6,799 bases of DNA, taken from the IMG/VR virus record IMGVR_UViG_2547132252_000010, positions 1 through 6,799 of that record, one strand, 5' to 3'. Within the stretch, counting starts at the first letter, position 1; each line of letters starts with the position of its first letter. The translations under genes were made by a program, and so were the position numbers. This DNA is from a virus (lineage: Duplodnaviria > Heunggongvirae > Uroviricota > Caudoviricetes). Under the pieces are notes generated by a model. The model worked only from the letters and a program-made list of their open reading frames with translations. It made no database searches and was not told the origin of the DNA. Shown one piece after another: positions 4,309 to 6,799 of this stretch.

Positions 4309-6780
4309 ATGAGTAAAGTCTTTATTTGCGCCGCCATTCCGGACGAACAGGCAATAAAGGAAGAAGGTGCCGTCGCTGTAGCCACTGCCATTGAAGCCGG
4401 TGATGAACGTCGCGCCCGCGCAAAATTTCACTGGCAATTCCTGGAACATTATCCGGCTGCTCAGGACTGCGCTTATAAATTTCTTGTTTGCGAGGATAAA
4501 CCCGGTATACCCCGCCCTGCCCTCGATTCCTGGGATGCTGAATATATGCAGGAAAACCGCTGGGATGAGGCGTCTGCTTCCTTTGTCCCGGTCGAGACTG
4601 AATCCGATCCGATGAACGTCACTTTTGACAACCTGGCCCCTGAAGTACAGAACGCTGTCATGGTTAAGTTCGACACATGTGAAAACATCACTGTTGATAT
4701 GGTGATTAGCGCACAGGAATTGTTGCAGGAAGACATGGCAACATTCGACGGCCATATCGTTGAAGCGTTGATGAAAATGCCAGAAGTTAACGCCATGTAT
4801 CCGGAGCTTAAGCTGCATGCCATCGGGTGGGTTAAGCATAAATGTAAGCCTGGTGCCAAATGGCCCGAAATTCAGGCAGAGATGCGCATCTGGAAAAAAC
4901 GTCGCGAAGGTGAACGCAAGGAAGCCGGAAAATACACGTCTGTTGTTGATCTCGCCCGCGCCAGAGCCAATCAACAGCACACTGAAAATTCAACAGGAAA
5001 AATCAACCCGGTCATTGCTGCCATTCATCGCGAATACAAGCAGACATGGAAAACACTGGATGACGAACTGGCCTACGCTCTCTGGCCTGGTGATGTGGAT
5101 GCCGGAAACATTGACGGCAGCATCCATCGCTGGGCAAAAAATGAAGTTATCGACAACGGCCGCGAAGACTGGAAGCGTATCTCGGCATCAATGCGCAAAC
5201 AGCCTGATGCCCTTCGCTACGACCGCCAGACTATTTTTGGCCTTGTCCGTGAACGTCCGATCGACATTCACAAAGACCCTGTGGCACTGAACAAATACAT
5301 TACTGAATACCTGACTACAAAGGGCGTGTTTGAAGATGAAGGAACAAATCAGAGCGCAACTGACACTCTCTCGTCGCCAGTACCAGAAACTGATGCAGTG
5401 GAAACGGCAATTCCGGACAACGAAAAAACCGAATGCAAAGTGGAAGTCGAACCATCTGTAGAGCGTGAGGGGCCGTTCTACTTCCTCTTCACCGACAAGG
5501 ATGGCGAAAAATACGGTCGCGCAAACAAACTTTCTGGTCTGGATAAGGCGCTGGCTGCCGGGGCTACTGAAATCACAAAAGAAGAATATTTTGCCCGAAA
5601 AAATGGCACATACACAGGCTTACCGCAAAATGCAAATACCGCACAAAATTCTGAACAACCAGAACCGGTAAAAGTTACCGCTGACGAAGTAAAGAAAATT
5701 ATGCAGGCAGCCAATATCAGCCAGCCTGACGCCAATCAGTTGCTCGCCGCATCACGTGGTGAATTTGTTGCAGGGATTAGCGACCCGAATGATCCGAAAT
5801 GGGTGAAGGGGATTGAAACCCGCGATTCTGTGAACCAGAACCAGCAAGAAACGGAACAGAACGACCAGAAAGCGGAACAAAACAGCCCAAATACGCAACA
5901 AAACGAGCCAGAAACGAAACAACCTGAGCCAGTAGCGCAACAGGAACCGGAAAAAGTCTGCACCGCCTGCGGTCAGACCGGCGGCGGCAACTGCCCTGAT
6001 TGTGGCGCGGTGATGGGCGACGCAACATACCAGGAAACATTCGATGAAGAGTATCAGGTTGAAGTTCAGGAAGATGATCCGGAGGAAATGGAAGGCGCTG
6101 AACATCCACACAAGGAGAACACTGACGGCAATCAGCATCACGATAGCGATAATGAAACTGGCGAGACGGCAGATCACTCAATTAAGGTGAACGGTCATCA
6201 AGAAATCACATCCACCAGCAGGACGTGTGACCATCTAATGATCGACCTTGAAACCATGGGAAAAAATCCTGATGCCCCGATCATCTCAATAGGTGCAATA
6301 TTTTTCGATCCGCAAACCGGAGATATGGGACCGGAATTTAGTAAGACTATCGATCTGGAAACTGCTGGCGGGGTCATTGATCGGGACACCATTAAATGGT
6401 GGCTTAAGCAATCACGCGAAGCGCAATCTGCCATTATGACCGATGAAATCCCGTTAGATGATGCACTATTACAATTGCGGGAATTTATCGACGAAAACTC
6501 CGGTGAATTTTTTGTTCAGGTCTGGGGAAATGGAGCCAACTTCGACAACACGATTTTGCGCCGTTCATACGAACGGCAGGGGATCCCCTGCCCGTGGCGT
6601 TACTACAACGATCGCGATGTACGCACAATCGTTGAGCTGGGGAAAGCCATAGACTTCGATGCCAGAACGGCTATTCCATTCGAAGGTGAGCGCCATAATG
6701 CACTTGATGACGCCCGTTACCAGGCAAAATACGTTTCAGTTATCTGGCAAAAACTGATCCCGAATCAGGCTGATTTTTAA
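4309..6780 (+). CDS. Prophage recombination-type exonuclease, 823 aa: long N-terminal and linker region (RecE-like by recollection) with an internal C4 zinc ribbon, fused to a C-terminal DEDDh (DnaQ/ExoX-like) 3'-5' exonuclease domain
   Basis: ATG at 4309 is preceded by GAGGT with an 8-nt spacer. The C-terminal domain (from about M644, nt 6238) carries the three DEDDh motifs: Exo I MIDLETMG (D-x-E), Exo II WGNGANFD, Exo III HNALDDARYQAKY (H-x4-D). Upstream are a C-x2-C-x21-C-x2-C zinc ribbon (codons 551-565, nt 5959-6003) and an acidic Q/N/E/P-rich low-complexity linker. The middle region (LLAASRGEFVAGISDPNDPKWVKGI...CTACGQTGGGNCPDCGAVMGDATYQETFDEE) matches my memory of central RecE; this is unverified. 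Confidence 0.9.
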   Translation: MSKVFICAAIPDEQAIKEEGAVAVATAIEAGDERRARAKFHWQFLEHYPAAQDCAYKFLVCEDKPGIPRPALDSWDAEYMQENRWDEASASFVPVETESDPMNVTFDNLAPEVQNAVMVKFDTCENITVDMVISAQELLQEDMATFDGHIVEALMKMPEVNAMYPELKLHAIGWVKHKCKPGAKWPEIQAEMRIWKKRREGERKEAGKYTSVVDLARARANQQHTENSTGKINPVIAAIHREYKQTWKTLDDELAYALWPGDVDAGNIDGSIHRWAKNEVIDNGREDWKRISASMRKQPDALRYDRQTIFGLVRERPIDIHKDPVALNKYITEYLTTKGVFEDEGTNQSATDTLSSPVPETDAVETAIPDNEKTECKVEVEPSVEREGPFYFLFTDKDGEKYGRANKLSGLDKALAAGATEITKEEYFARKNGTYTGLPQNANTAQNSEQPEPVKVTADEVKKIMQAANISQPDANQLLAASRGEFVAGISDPNDPKWVKGIETRDSVNQNQQETEQNDQKAEQNSPNTQQNEPETKQPEPVAQQEPEKVCTACGQTGGGNCPDCGAVMGDATYQETFDEEYQVEVQEDDPEEMEGAEHPHKENTDGNQHHDSDNETGETADHSIKVNGHQEITSTSRTCDHLMIDLETMGKNPDAPIISIGAIFFDPQTGDMGPEFSKTIDLETAGGVIDRDTIKWWLKQSREAQSAIMTDEIPLDDALLQLREFIDENSGEFFVQVWGNGANFDNTILRRSYERQGIPCPWRYYNDRDVRTIVELGKAIDFDARTAIPFEGERHNALDDARYQAKYVSVIWQKLIPNQADF

Positions 6781-6799
6781 TGTTCAACCCCGGTCGTTG
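6780..6799 (+). CDS. 5' end of the next gene (MFNPGR...), start overlapping the exonuclease stop in TAATG; truncated by the window end
   Basis: ATG at 6780-6782 overlaps TAA at 6778-6780, a typical coupled arrangement. Only 6 codons are visible, so this is based on position alone. Confidence 0.25.

Noticed and set aside
4176-6652. Numerous ORFs antisense to or out of frame within the exonuclease gene (4176..4391 -, 4249..4980 -, 4391..4615 +, 4473..4859 -, 4817..5290 +, 5465..5671 +, 5478..5735 -, 5736..5963 -, 5752..6177 -, 5777..6181 -, 6198..6434 -, 6458..6652 +)
   Set aside because: All lie inside a single long, well-supported 823-aa gene; several arise from the repetitive low-complexity linker; none has start signals.

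Overview
This window reads as accessory, prophage-type DNA, most consistent with an Escherichia coli (O157-like) lambdoid or Rac-like prophage segment; all calls are from reading the sequence and recalled family knowledge, with no database search run. Left to right: (1) an almost complete IS3-family insertion sequence (IS629-like) on the minus strand, cut only by the window edge, with an intact orfA and a frame-disrupted orfB. (2) Directly beside it, a three-gene ParE-type toxin-antitoxin operon of the paaR-paaA-parE kind, whose regulator has its ATG and its HTH-encoding frame offset by one base at an A7 tract, preceded by an array of TTTA(G/A)TG direct repeats that recurs downstream of the toxin gene. 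(3) A divergent pair of small genes: a C4 zinc-ribbon protein (minus) and a 72-aa protein (plus). (4) About 570 bp with no convincing ORF, rich in inverted repeats, holding a terminator-like hairpin and a 148-bp segment bounded by perfect 19-bp inverted repeats. (5) Two small plus-strand ORFs overlapping in an ATGA junction. (6) An 823-aa protein whose C-terminal ~180 aa form a DEDDh (DnaQ-like) 3'-5' exonuclease domain, attached to a long N-terminal and linker region that I recall as RecE-like. A further gene starts in the last 20 bp. The candidates for something undescribed are the inverted-repeat-bounded segment with its structured upstream region, the small-gene modules, and the chimeric exonuclease; the TA operon itself looks like a known system.
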